DNA of 32,000 nucleotides from Edaphobacter aggregans (GCF_003945235.1 NZ_RSDW01000001.1:3090001-3122000), one strand, 5' to 3'; positions 1 to 9,411 are shown, numbered from the stretch's first letter. Program-made: numbers and translations. Notes: a model not told the origin generated them from the letters alone.

Positions 1-1
1 G

Positions 2-331
2 CTGGAGGATGCCATCGCCGCCGGTTGCGACCGCATCCTCACCTCAGGCGGCCACAGTGATGTCGTAGAGGGCACTTCCTGCCTGTCTCAGCTGGTTGGT
101 CAAGCGAACCAGCGCATCGTAGTCGCCGTCGGGGGCGGTCTGCGGCTCAAGGATGCCGGATCGCTGGCACGGCTTACCGGCGCAGCGCACTTCCACGGCT
201 CTCTCCGGCGAAGGCTGAGCAGCGGGCGACCCTCGAATGAAGCCGTCGACGAGTCACGGAGCTTCGGAGAACGGTATGTCGTCGATCCGGACGACATTCG
301 CTCAATCATTCATCAACTCCAGAGCGCCTGA
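2..331 (+). CDS. cutC: Copper homeostasis protein CutC family, C-terminal part (5' end outside window)
   Basis: Open frame from the window edge (frame 2) to TGA at 329-331. It is absent from the ORF track because it has no start codon. The translation ..DRILTSGGHSDVVEGTSCLSQLV..IVVAVGGGLRL..YVVDPDDIRSIIHQL aligns by eye with the C-terminal third of E. coli CutC (RVLTSGQKSDALQG..IIMAGAGVRAEN..YIVDGAAVAEMKGII). Confidence 0.75.
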   Translation: MEDAIAAGCDRILTSGGHSDVVEGTSCLSQLVGQANQRIVVAVGGGLRLKDAGSLARLTGAAHFHGSLRRRLSSGRPSNEAVDESRSFGERYVVDPDDIRSIIHQLQSA

Positions 332-345
332 GCCCAGCCGTAGAG

Positions 346-846
346 CTAATCGTTTGCGTCTCTTGCTTCAGGCATAACGAGGTAAAGCAGAACGATGCCT
401 AGCACGACAAACATTCTGAATGCGGCGTCCTGACCGTTCCAGGTTCTCGACTGCCACATAAGAAACCATTCGCCCCCAACACTCAAAAACGCCACCGACC
501 ACATCAGTATGCCGAGGGTAAGAGCAATGACACCCACATTCTTTGAGCGGATGAACTGTTCAGCAGGAAGCTTCAATGCGCGCACCAGACTGATGCCGCC
601 CCACCAACAAAGGACGGCGGTGATGATCTCCCAAAAGATGATGGAGAGATAAAAAATGGTATGAATGCTCGGCTTGTTGATAGCGCGCCACATACCGCCG
701 TTGCCGGGAAAGGTGGAGTCCATCTGAAGAACGTGACGGACGAATTGGTAGTTGGAGTTGTAGTCCGTCGTGTTGTTGAAGACAACAAATGTGTAGAACA
801 GAGCCACAGAGAATACAAGGAGACACTTCGAGACTCGAACCGCCAT
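346..846 (-). CDS. Small integral membrane protein, DUF2165-like
   Basis: ORF track 346..921 trimmed to the ATG at 846, which has AGGAGG (853-858, minus strand) 6 nt upstream. The product MAVRVSKCLLVFSVALFYTFVVFNN.DYNSNYQFVRHVLQMDSTFPGN has about 4 hydrophobic helices and matches my memory of the DUF2165 family signature. Codon usage is less C-ending than in neighbouring genes. Confidence 0.6.
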   Translation of the reverse strand: MAVRVSKCLLVFSVALFYTFVVFNNTTDYNSNYQFVRHVLQMDSTFPGNGGMWRAINKPSIHTIFYLSIIFWEIITAVLCWWGGISLVRALKLPAEQFIRSKNVGVIALTLGILMWSVAFLSVGGEWFLMWQSRTWNGQDAAFRMFVVLGIVLLYLVMPEARDAND

Positions 847-962
847 CAACTTCCTCCTGGAGCGAAGATCCAAAAATAGCCCGGAGCGCATTGACGGTCG
901 CGTCGTCAAAGCGCGTACCAAGCCTTGTAAATGCCTTTAGATGGCACCGTGATCTGGAGCCA

Positions 963-2048
963 TCACCTTTCAGAACTTAAAGTGTTGTTAGCGAAGCCGA
1001 CCCGTCCTTCGCGAATGATCTTCGAGAAGTCTGGACTTTGGTCGGCACCTCTTGCTGCGGCGTTGATGTGTGCCTGCTCCCTCAGCGCCGATAGCGGTAA
1101 ACCACCGGTAACTATGGCGCCGCGTTCGTACAACATCTCATCCATCTTGCCGTTCAGCAGGATGCGCCAGTCCAGGCGCATGCGGATGTTACGCGCCTCA
1201 GCGGTAGTCACTGCAATGTTGGTAGTGCAGTTGTCGGTCAAGGCGTTATACCACTCGGGGCGCTCATGCAAGCTGTTGACGCGCTGCAAGTAGTCGAGGA
1301 AGATCTTGCGCACGAGCGGCGGACTAGCCGTAGTGCGAAAGATATGTACCTCTTCATCCTTACGGTAGTTGGTCCGCAAGCGTATGACGTCGCGCTCGTC
1401 GCTGACTATATAGATAAGCGTGTACTGCCGGAAAAACCCCCGGATGGCCGAATAACTTTGGCCCACCTCGTTACGCGTCTCGATGGACATCGCGACATGA
1501 CCCTGCTCGCCGAAATCGAAACTCACGATGGGATGCGCGATCCAGGGCGAGCCCCACCAGGTTATAAAGAGGTCGGCACCCCGAAGGTTCGCCAAATCAA
1601 ACGAACGAACCTCCCATTGACAGGTGTAGTCCTTCTCTGTGCGATAGTCACAATTCCGAAAGTTGTGGATGGTGACATGATCTCCGTTGATCTCGGCGAA
1701 AGCGGTCTTCGCATTGTCAGGTTCCCAGTTGCGATCGTTCGACGGCTTGATCGATAGCCACGCGATAAGAACGATGACGAATCCCGCGAAAGCAATCATC
1801 ATCCCCATGTGGCCGCGGCGCAGGAAAGACAAAGCCGTCAGCATTGTAACGAGATACAGGATGGCGACGACTGTCCGCAACGACCCGAACGGAGAGTCGA
1901 AGTAGATCGCCGCTGCCGCCCACACGGTTACAAGCACAGCGACGATAATTGCGAGCATGAACACTGTCCTAAGTAGCCATCGCACGCTGCCAGTCCTTCC
2001 AACTCTTCTGAAGTTGTCGATTACTGCGCGACCGCCGAGCGGAGGCAC
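963..2048 (-). CDS. Membrane protein with DUF4105 (Lnb N-terminal periplasmic domain)-like region
   Basis: 361-aa ORF with a GTG start. It has three N-terminal hydrophobic helices followed by a soluble domain with motifs I associate with DUF4105 (GHVAMSIETRNE, YTLIYIVSDERDVIRLRTNYR, YNALTDNCTTNI). The start is uncertain; an internal ATG at about 1958 is possible. Confidence 0.55.
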   Translation of the reverse strand: MPPLGGRAVIDNFRRVGRTGSVRWLLRTVFMLAIIVAVLVTVWAAAAIYFDSPFGSLRTVVAILYLVTMLTALSFLRRGHMGMMIAFAGFVIVLIAWLSIKPSNDRNWEPDNAKTAFAEINGDHVTIHNFRNCDYRTEKDYTCQWEVRSFDLANLRGADLFITWWGSPWIAHPIVSFDFGEQGHVAMSIETRNEVGQSYSAIRGFFRQYTLIYIVSDERDVIRLRTNYRKDEEVHIFRTTASPPLVRKIFLDYLQRVNSLHERPEWYNALTDNCTTNIAVTTAEARNIRMRLDWRILLNGKMDEMLYERGAIVTGGLPLSALREQAHINAAARGADQSPDFSKIIREGRVGFANNTLSSER

Positions 2049-2178
2049 AAACGAAGTCTACAGGCGACCCTAAGTGTCCGCCAGCCTATTAGGGGTTGCA
2101 TACTAATTTCCCTCCATCCAGTAAAAAGCCGAAAATGAGACGGTTGAGAGTAATCTGTCACCTTCAGGAGAGAGACAA

Positions 2179-3432
2179 ATGTCGTTAGACTCGCGCCGGG
2201 CAGTCTCCGATCTACAGGAACTCCGCGCCCTGACTGCGGACGATCACGGCGCCCAACGCATTGCATGGAGCCCGATGTGGCTCAAAGCCCGCGCCTGGTT
2301 CCAGACCAAGCTGCAAGGTCTGCCCATCGAGCACCACTACGACGCCGCAGGCAACTCCTGGACAACCCTTCACGGCGACTCCGATCGAACCCTCATCCTC
2401 GGCAGCCATCTCGACTCAGTACCAAACGGCGGCTGGCTCGACGGCGCCCTCGGAGTTCTCGCAAGCCTCGCCGTTTTACGCGGCATCGCAGAGGAGTTCA
2501 ACGGGAAGCCGCCCATCACGATTCGCCTCGTCGATTGGGCCGACGAAGAGGGCGCACGCTTCGGCCGCAGCCTCTTCGGCTCATCAGCCTTCGCCGGAAC
2601 CCACACCATCGAAGCCGACCGCAGCCGCACTGACCGCGATGGAGTCTGCCTCGAAGACGCCCTCAAGAAATGCGGAATCAACGTTGATCGCATCAGCGAG
2701 AGCGCCATCGAACGCGGCAAAGCAGGAGCCTACCTGGAGTTGCATATCGAACAAGGCCCCGTCCTCGAGTCCATGCAACTTCCGCTAGGCATTGTACTGG
2801 GCACCAAAGGCGTCGAGCGCCACGCGATCACCTTCCACGGACAGGAGGCACATTCCGGCTCAACCCCGATGGCCGTTCGTCGAGACGCACTGGCAGCAGC
2901 AGCAAAACTCGCACTCGAGATCCGCCCCATCGCACGCAAACACCCCGACTCCGTCGCGACCATGGGCAGCGTCAAAACCTTCCCGGGCATCGTAACTGCG
3001 GTCGTCGGACGCTGCGAAACAACCCTCGACATGCGCGATCTGGATGCCACGGTGCTCGCCTCGATGTTGGCCGAGGCTCGTGCCGCCAGCGAAAGATTCG
3101 CCGCCGAAGAACGCTGCACAGTCGAATGGTCAAAGATCTGGAACATCGAGCCGATTCCATTCGATCCCCAACTCATCGAGTTCTGCGACGAAGCAATTCG
3201 CGAAACAGCAGGCACCTCCCATCGGCTGCCCTCAGGACCACTCCACGATGCCGCCGAAGTATCGCGCGCCGGAATCCCAACTGTAATGATGTTCACCCAA
3301 TCGCTCGCCGGTCTCAGCCATAACAAGGCAGAGGACACGAAGATCGAACATCTCGAACTTGCAGTGCAGGCATTCGACCGCCTCGCCAGAAAGACGATGA
3401 CCTGGCTAAGCGAGAAAGAAAAAGCCGTTTAG
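2179..3432 (+). CDS. M20-family Zn-dependent amidohydrolase (N-carbamoyl-amino-acid/allantoate amidohydrolase family); by context beta-ureidopropionase (N-carbamoyl-beta-alanine amidohydrolase)
   Basis: 417-aa ORF with AGGAGA 8 nt upstream of the ATG. Family motifs are present: GSHLDSVPNGGWLDGALGV, WADEEGARFG, ELHIEQGPVLE, GQEAHSGSTPM. It lies immediately upstream of preT/preA/dihydropyrimidinase. Confidence 0.85.
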   Translation: MSLDSRRAVSDLQELRALTADDHGAQRIAWSPMWLKARAWFQTKLQGLPIEHHYDAAGNSWTTLHGDSDRTLILGSHLDSVPNGGWLDGALGVLASLAVLRGIAEEFNGKPPITIRLVDWADEEGARFGRSLFGSSAFAGTHTIEADRSRTDRDGVCLEDALKKCGINVDRISESAIERGKAGAYLELHIEQGPVLESMQLPLGIVLGTKGVERHAITFHGQEAHSGSTPMAVRRDALAAAAKLALEIRPIARKHPDSVATMGSVKTFPGIVTAVVGRCETTLDMRDLDATVLASMLAEARAASERFAAEERCTVEWSKIWNIEPIPFDPQLIEFCDEAIRETAGTSHRLPSGPLHDAAEVSRAGIPTVMMFTQSLAGLSHNKAEDTKIEHLELAVQAFDRLARKTMTWLSEKEKAV

Positions 3433-3596
3433 CCGCGGCTGGAAAGGCAATATAAAGACTATCTTGAGGTCGTTCCGCTCCCAGCAGGTGTCCGTCTTGC
3501 AAATGGTCTAACGCTCTTTCGCCAGCGAATCTTTGCCCCGCGATGGTGCATAATGATCACTCCTGAGTCCCGAAGAGCAACATCGCAAGGAGGATC

Positions 3597-3668
3597 ATGT
3601 CGTCTTCCATTTCGAAACGTCTACTAGTTTCGGAGAGTGCATCCAGTCGTAAGGAGATCGTCGAATGA
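3597..3668 (+). CDS. Candidate 23-codon upstream ORF / leader peptide (MSSSISKRLLVSESASSRKEIVE) overlapping the preT start
   Basis: The ATG at 3597 is preceded by AAGGAGG (3587-3593). Its TGA (3666-3668) overlaps the preT ATG (3665-3667) as ATGA. The preT Shine-Dalgarno AAGGAG (3651-3656) lies inside the uORF, as does a 7-bp stem-loop (3612-3618 / 3627-3633). There is no homology evidence. Confidence 0.3.
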   Translation: MSSSISKRLLVSESASSRKEIVE

Positions 3669-5023
3669 GCGATCAACCAGCCTTCTCGCAACCGATCCAC
3701 GATCACCCTGAGATTGCTGCGCGCTTCAGAGATATTCATCCCCCCCTCGACATGCAGGCTGCCATACCCGAGGCGAACCGCTGCCTCTTCTGCTTCGACG
3801 CCCCCTGCACGACCGCCTGCCCAACGCATATCAACGTGCCGCAATTCATAAAGAGGATCGCCACAGGCAACCTCTCCGGCTCCGCCCGCACCATCCTCGA
3901 TGCCAACATCCTCGGCGCAAGCTGCGCGAGAGCATGTCCAGTAGAGGTGCTCTGCGAGGGCGCCTGCGTCATGCACCGCTACAATAAACAGCCGATCCAA
4001 ATCGCGCGGCTGCAACGCTTCGCAATGGATGCCCTCCATGAAAGCGGATCACCCCTGCCATTCGAGCCGGGCGCAGACGCAGGACTTTCGGTTGCACTGA
4101 TCGGCGCTGGCCCAGCCTCACTCGCCTGTGCCGCCGAACTCCGTCGCCGCGGAATCCGCGCACGTCTCTACGACGCCCGCCCGCTACCCGGAGGTCTGAA
4201 CACTTACGGAGTCGCCGAATACAAGCTCCCGTTTGCAGAGAGCCTGCGCGAAATCGAAATGCTCTCGCAGCTCGGCGTCGAATTCCATATGAACACAACG
4301 ATCGACACTGCCAAACTCGCAGAGCTAGAGCGTGAGCACAACGCCATCTTCCTCGGAGTCGGCTTAGGTGCAATTCACAAGCTCGGCATCGGCAGCGAGG
4401 ATCTTCCCGGTGTAACAAACGCACTCGATCTCATCGCAGACTATAAATCCGGCAAACTCACCACAGTACCCGAACGTGTCGTTGTCGTCGGCGCAGGAAA
4501 CACCGCCATCGACGCGGCAATCGCTTCAGTCCGCCTTGGCGCGATCGAAGTACACATCGCATATCGCCGCGGCCCGGAACAGATGTCAGCATTCTCCTTC
4601 GAGTACGAACACGCGAAGAGCGAAGGAGTAAAGTTTCTGTGGCACGTGCTGCCAACCGGTATTCACGGGGACGAGTCTGTCGAAGCACTCAAGCTAACAC
4701 GGCTCGCCACCACAGACGATGGCTCGATCGTCCCACAGCCCGGCTCAGAGTTTTCATTACCAGCCGATTGGATCGTCTTGGCGATCGGACAAGGCACCCA
4801 TTCAGCTTTCCTGGCTACAAACGGAAGCGACGCTGCAAAGGTCCAGCTCGAACGCGGCCGCATTCTCATTGACCGTGCCTCGGGCCAGACCTCGAACCCG
4901 AAATTCTTCGCCGGCGGCGACTGCACCAACGGAGGCCGCGAAGTAGTGGACGCAGTCGCAGACGGAAAACGCGCGGGCATCGGCATCGCCGCGTGGTTGG
5001 AGGGTCAGCATGTCCAAGCCTAA
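3665..5023 (+). CDS. preT: NAD-dependent dihydropyrimidine dehydrogenase subunit PreT (glutamate synthase small-chain-like)
   Basis: 452 aa. N-terminal Fe-S cysteine motifs (CLFCFDAPCTTACP, CARACPVEVLCEGAC) and two dinucleotide-binding folds (VALIGAGPASLACA, VVVVGAGNTAIDAA). It aligns by eye with the E. coli PreT N-terminus. An in-frame TAA at 3650 excludes a longer form. Confidence 0.9.
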   Translation: MSDQPAFSQPIHDHPEIAARFRDIHPPLDMQAAIPEANRCLFCFDAPCTTACPTHINVPQFIKRIATGNLSGSARTILDANILGASCARACPVEVLCEGACVMHRYNKQPIQIARLQRFAMDALHESGSPLPFEPGADAGLSVALIGAGPASLACAAELRRRGIRARLYDARPLPGGLNTYGVAEYKLPFAESLREIEMLSQLGVEFHMNTTIDTAKLAELEREHNAIFLGVGLGAIHKLGIGSEDLPGVTNALDLIADYKSGKLTTVPERVVVVGAGNTAIDAAIASVRLGAIEVHIAYRRGPEQMSAFSFEYEHAKSEGVKFLWHVLPTGIHGDESVEALKLTRLATTDDGSIVPQPGSEFSLPADWIVLAIGQGTHSAFLATNGSDAAKVQLERGRILIDRASGQTSNPKFFAGGDCTNGGREVVDAVADGKRAGIGIAAWLEGQHVQA

Positions 5024-6428
5024 GCCAACTCTTGAAACGACCTTCTGCGGCATCAAGTGCCTCAACCCCTTCTGGCTGGCATCGGCCCCTCCAACCAACT
5101 GCGGCGAGCAGATCATGCGCGCCTTCGACGCAGGCTGGGGCGGTGCCGTATGGAAGACCATCGGCGAGCCCATCACCAACGTCAGTTCGCGCTACTCCTC
5201 TATCGACTGGGAAGGCCGCCGCATGATGGGCTTCAACAACATCGAGCTCATCAGCGACCGGCCCATCGAAGTTAACCTGCGGGAGATCGCCGAAGTAAAA
5301 CGCCGCTACCCAAAGCACGTCGTCATCGCATCTCTCATGGTCGAAAGCGCGCGCGAGACATGGCACGACATCGTCCAGCGCTCCGAAGACGCAGGCGCAG
5401 ACGGCCTCGAGCTCAACTTCGGCTGTCCCCACGGTATGAGCGAGCGCGGCATGGGCTCCGCCGTCGGTCAAGTCCCCGAGTACTGCGAGCAGATCACCTC
5501 ATGGGTAAAAGAGAAGGCCCGCACACCCGTCATCGTCAAACTAACTCCGAACATCTCTGATATTCGCATGCCTGCACGCGCTGCCAAACGCGCCGGAGCC
5601 GACGCTCTCTCCGCCATCAACACCATCAACTCCATCACAGGCATCGACCTCAATACACTGCAGCCAAACCCGAACGTCGACGGCAAGAGTTCGCACGGCG
5701 GCTACTGTGGCCCTGCAGTAAAGCCCATCGCGCTCAACATGGTGCAACAGGTCCAGTCCGATCTCCTTGCCACACTCCCACTCTCCGGCATCGGAGGCAT
5801 AGCCACCTGGCGAGACGTCGCCGAATTCATCCTCCTCGGCTGCAGCACAGTGCAAGTCTGCACAGCGGTCATGCACTACGGCTACCGCATCGTCGAAGAC
5901 ATGCAGGACGGCCTGCTCGCGTGGATGACAGAAAAAAGTTTCGCCACCATCGACGACTTCCGCGGCCTCTCACTCCCCAACGTGCGCGAGTGGAAGCATC
6001 TTAACCTCAACTACAAGATCGTAGCCCGCATCCACGAAGACCTCTGCATCGGCTGCCAGCTCTGCTACACCGCCTGCTGGGACGGCGCCCACCAATGCAT
6101 CCATCTCGACCGAACCGCACCAGCACCGGACACAACGCTCACGCCAGCGATGGTAGAAGCCGAAGCCTCACGTCGCATCTCAACAACACCCATCCCAAAA
6201 CTCGACTCCGGCTTGACCCACACCAACGCAGTCACTCCACTCGAACGAATCCCCCGCGTCGATGAAGATCACTGCGTAGGCTGCAATCTCTGCTCACTCG
6301 TCTGCCCCGTCGACAACTGCATCACCATGGAGCGCATCGACAACGGTCTACCCCCACAGACATGGGAAGAGCGCACCGCCGCAGGCCTCGTCCCCGCAGG
6401 CACAAGTGAGGTCCTAACCAACGGCTAG
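5010..6428 (+). CDS. preA: NAD-dependent dihydropyrimidine dehydrogenase subunit PreA (DHODH-like barrel plus C-terminal 2x[4Fe-4S] ferredoxin)
   Basis: 472 aa. TFCGIKCLNPFWLASAPPTNC..AGWGGAVWKTIG matches the E. coli PreA N-terminus. Also present are NFGCPHG and the C-terminal motifs CIGCQLCYTAC and CVGCNLCSLVCP. The start overlaps the preT 3' end by 14 nt. Confidence 0.9.
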   Translation: MSKPKPTLETTFCGIKCLNPFWLASAPPTNCGEQIMRAFDAGWGGAVWKTIGEPITNVSSRYSSIDWEGRRMMGFNNIELISDRPIEVNLREIAEVKRRYPKHVVIASLMVESARETWHDIVQRSEDAGADGLELNFGCPHGMSERGMGSAVGQVPEYCEQITSWVKEKARTPVIVKLTPNISDIRMPARAAKRAGADALSAINTINSITGIDLNTLQPNPNVDGKSSHGGYCGPAVKPIALNMVQQVQSDLLATLPLSGIGGIATWRDVAEFILLGCSTVQVCTAVMHYGYRIVEDMQDGLLAWMTEKSFATIDDFRGLSLPNVREWKHLNLNYKIVARIHEDLCIGCQLCYTACWDGAHQCIHLDRTAPAPDTTLTPAMVEAEASRRISTTPIPKLDSGLTHTNAVTPLERIPRVDEDHCVGCNLCSLVCPVDNCITMERIDNGLPPQTWEERTAAGLVPAGTSEVLTNG

Positions 6429-6459
6429 CAGCAAATCAACCAGAGGCAAGAGACGCAGC

Positions 6460-7863
6460 ATGGGAACTCTCATTCAAAACGGAACCGTCGTCAACGCAAC
6501 CGGCCAGCAGAAAGCCGACGTACTCATCGAAGGCGAGACCGTCACCCAGGTCGCTCCCAACATCGCCCCCGACAGCCATACCACCGTCGATGCCACCGGC
6601 CTCTTCGTCATCCCCGGCGGAGTCGATGCCCACACCCACATGGACATGCCCTTCGGCGGCACCGTCTCCGCTGACGACTTCCTCACCGGCACTCGCGCCG
6701 CAGCCATCGGCGGCACCACCACCATCGTCGACTTCGCCATTCAGGCACGCGGTACACGCATGCGCGACGCACTCGACATCTGGCGCGCCAAGGCCGAGGG
6801 CAAGGCCTGCATCGACTACGGCCTGCACATGATCGTCACCGACCTCGGTTCCGACGCAGGCAAACAGGGTCTCGCCGACATGGACGACATGGTGCGCGAA
6901 GGCGTCGCCAGCTTCAAGCTCTTCATGGCCTACCCCAACGTGCTCATGGTCGACGACGCCACCATCTTCAAGGCGCTCCAGCAGACCGCGAAGAACGGCG
7001 CGCTCATCTGCATGCACGCCGAAAACGGCTCTGTTATCGACACCATCGTCCAGCAGACGCTCGCCCAGGGAAAGACCGCACCCATCTATCACGCGCTCTC
7101 ACGCCCCACCATCGCCGAGGCCGAGGCCGTCAATCGCTGCATTGCCATGGCCGAGATCGCAGGCACCCCCATCTACATCGTCCATCTCTCCAGCGAAGAC
7201 GCGCTCAATCAGGTGCGCGAAGCACGCGACCGCGGCCTGCCCGCATTCGCCGAGACATGCCCGCAGTACCTCCTGCTCTCCATCGAAGACCAGATGCCCG
7301 GCAAGAGCTTCGAAGAAGCCAAGTACGTCTTCACACCACCATTGCGCGAGAAGAAGAACCAACCCAAACTCTGGGACGGCCTCGTGCACGACCATCTGCA
7401 GGTCGTCTCGACCGACCACTGCCCCTTCTGCTTCGCCGATCAGAAGCAGCTCGGCAAGGATGATTTTTCTAAGATCCCCAACGGAGGCCCCGGCGTCGAA
7501 AACCGCATGCAGCTGCTCTTTCATCACGGCGTCAATGCCGGAAAGATCACTCTCGAGCGCTTCGTCGAGATCACCTCTGCCGCACCCGCCCGCATCTTCG
7601 GTATGTATCCCACCAAGGGCGTCATCGCCCCAGGAGCCGATGCAGACATCGTCCTCTGGAACCCCGCAGCGGAACACCTCATCTCCGCCGCAACGCACAG
7701 CATGCGCTGCGATTACTCCATGTTCGAGGGATGGAAGGTGAAGGGCAACGCGCAAAAAGTCTTCTCGCGAGGCGAGCTCATCGTCGACAACGGCAAGTAC
7801 ATCGCGGCAACTGGACGCGGCAAATACATCCGTCGCGAAGCACGAGGAGGAGCCTGGAAATGA
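6460..7863 (+). CDS. hydA: Dihydropyrimidinase / D-hydantoinase (cyclic amidohydrolase)
   Basis: 467 aa. Metal-binding GGVDAHTHMDMPF, the carboxylated-lysine context SFKLFMAY, HAENG and STDHCPF are typical of the dihydropyrimidinase/hydantoinase family. Confidence 0.9.
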   Translation: MGTLIQNGTVVNATGQQKADVLIEGETVTQVAPNIAPDSHTTVDATGLFVIPGGVDAHTHMDMPFGGTVSADDFLTGTRAAAIGGTTTIVDFAIQARGTRMRDALDIWRAKAEGKACIDYGLHMIVTDLGSDAGKQGLADMDDMVREGVASFKLFMAYPNVLMVDDATIFKALQQTAKNGALICMHAENGSVIDTIVQQTLAQGKTAPIYHALSRPTIAEAEAVNRCIAMAEIAGTPIYIVHLSSEDALNQVREARDRGLPAFAETCPQYLLLSIEDQMPGKSFEEAKYVFTPPLREKKNQPKLWDGLVHDHLQVVSTDHCPFCFADQKQLGKDDFSKIPNGGPGVENRMQLLFHHGVNAGKITLERFVEITSAAPARIFGMYPTKGVIAPGADADIVLWNPAAEHLISAATHSMRCDYSMFEGWKVKGNAQKVFSRGELIVDNGKYIAATGRGKYIRREARGGAWK

Positions 7864-9317
7864 TGCCGCCCGCGCCCAGCCCCGACATCGTCTATCAAGA
7901 CACGCCGCACGACCCACATCTCTACAACGCCGACCTCGCCCCCACGACGCCCGCGCAGCGCACCTGGACCACCTACAACTACATCGCCCTCTGGTTCTCC
8001 ATGTCCATGGAGGTCACCACCTACATGCTCGCCTCCTCGCTCATCGCTGGCGGCATGAACTGGAAGCAGGCCATCTTCACCATCCTGCTCGGCAACCTCA
8101 TCGTCCTCATCCCCATGCTCCTCAACGCACACGCCGGAACGAAGTACGGCATCCCATTCCCCGTCTTCGTGCGCGCAAGCTTCGGCACTCGCGGAGCCAA
8201 CCTTCCCGCGATGCTACGCGCCCTCGTAGCCTGCGGATGGTTCGGCATCCAATCATGGCTCGGCGGACAGGCCATCGCCGCCATGCTCGCCGTCCTCTGG
8301 CCCGCAACCGCCCACATGCCAGCAGTCCTCTGGGCAAGCTTCCTCGGCTTCTGGCTGCTCAACATGTTCGTCGTCTGGCGCGGCGTCGAATCCATCCGCT
8401 TCCTGCAAAGCTTCTCCGCTCCCTTCATGCTCATCATGTCGCTCACGCTGCTCTTCTGGATGCTCCACAAAGCCGGCGGCTTCGGCCCCATGCTCTCCGC
8501 GCCCAGCCAATTCAAAACCACCAGTAGCTTCTTACATTTCTTCTTCCCATCACTCACCGCCATGGTCGGCTACTGGGCCACACTCTCGCTCAACATCCCC
8601 GACTTCACCCGCTACGCCAAAAATCAGGACGCACAAATCGTCGGCCAGGTCTTCGGACTCCCCGTCGCCATGACGCTCTACTCCTTCATCGGAATCGCCT
8701 GCACCTCGGCATCCGTCACCATCTTCGGTGAACCCATCTGGTCACCCATCACGCTGCTCGGAAAATTTCACCAACCTTTCGCAGCAATGCTCGCCCTCGT
8801 AGCTCTACTCGTCGCAACGTTGAACGTCAACATCGGCGCCAACGTAGTCTCCCCCTCCAACGACTTCTCCAACCTGGCCCCACGCCTCATCAGCTTCCGC
8901 ACCGGAGGTCTCATCACCGGTTTCCTCGGCCTCGCCATGATGCCCTGGAAATTAATGGCGACCTTCGGCAGTTACATATTCGGATGGCTCATCGGCTACT
9001 CCGGCCTCCTCGGTCCCGTCGCAGGCATCATGGTTGCGGACTACTTCTTCATTCGCGGCACGCGCCTCGATGTCGTCTCGCTCTACCACCGCGACGGCCC
9101 CTACGAATACACCCGCGGCATCAATCCTCGAGCCATCGTCGCGCTTGCAATCGGCGTCATCGTCGCCCTTATCGGCCTCGTCATTCCTGCCCTGCGATTC
9201 CTCTACGACTACGCCTGGTTCGTAGGCTTCTTCATCGCGGCCGCCACCTACTACGTCCTCATGCTGCAATACACCTCAACGCCACAGACGACATCGAACC
9301 ACCTATCAAGCGTCTAA
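7860..9317 (+). CDS. NCS1-family nucleobase:cation symporter (uracil/cytosine/hydantoin-type permease)
   Basis: ORF track 7731..9317 trimmed to the ATG at 7860, which overlaps the hydA stop as ATGA. The discarded 43 codons are Arg-rich and lie inside hydA. The product has about 12 hydrophobic helices and NCS1-like motifs (NxDLAPT, WTTYNYIALWFSM, GTKYGIPFPV). Confidence 0.85.
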   Translation: MMPPAPSPDIVYQDTPHDPHLYNADLAPTTPAQRTWTTYNYIALWFSMSMEVTTYMLASSLIAGGMNWKQAIFTILLGNLIVLIPMLLNAHAGTKYGIPFPVFVRASFGTRGANLPAMLRALVACGWFGIQSWLGGQAIAAMLAVLWPATAHMPAVLWASFLGFWLLNMFVVWRGVESIRFLQSFSAPFMLIMSLTLLFWMLHKAGGFGPMLSAPSQFKTTSSFLHFFFPSLTAMVGYWATLSLNIPDFTRYAKNQDAQIVGQVFGLPVAMTLYSFIGIACTSASVTIFGEPIWSPITLLGKFHQPFAAMLALVALLVATLNVNIGANVVSPSNDFSNLAPRLISFRTGGLITGFLGLAMMPWKLMATFGSYIFGWLIGYSGLLGPVAGIMVADYFFIRGTRLDVVSLYHRDGPYEYTRGINPRAIVALAIGVIVALIGLVIPALRFLYDYAWFVGFFIAAATYYVLMLQYTSTPQTTSNHLSSV

Positions 9318-9362
9318 CCAATTCACCGTCCTCGAATGGAGTCGCCATTTGAATCAAGAAGA

Positions 9363-9409
9363 AGTGGTATCTAGGTTAAGAGTTGTTTTGAAAGCAGTGG
9401 CATCTAGGT
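9363..9409. repeat. Two 14-nt direct repeats AGTGG(T/C)ATCTAGGT spaced 33 nt (start to start)
   Basis: 9363-9376 AGTGGTATCTAGGT and 9396-9409 AGTGGCATCTAGGT are 13/14 identical. They lie in the 234-nt gap between the NCS1 permease and the aminotransferase. Confidence 0.6.
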
Positions 9410-9411
9410 AA

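Noticed and set aside
3557-4039. 160-aa minus-strand ORF across the preT 5' region
   Set aside because: It overlaps the well-supported preT N-terminus with its Fe-S motifs and has no RBS or recognisable motif.
7731-7859. N-terminal extensions of ORF-track models: permease 7731, kinase 24287, VOC 17281, DUF2165 921, coaBC 23687
   Set aside because: The extensions overlap upstream genes or repeat elements and encode Arg/Ser/Pro-rich junk. Internal ATGs give proper signal peptides or TM starts, RBSs, or start/stop coupling.
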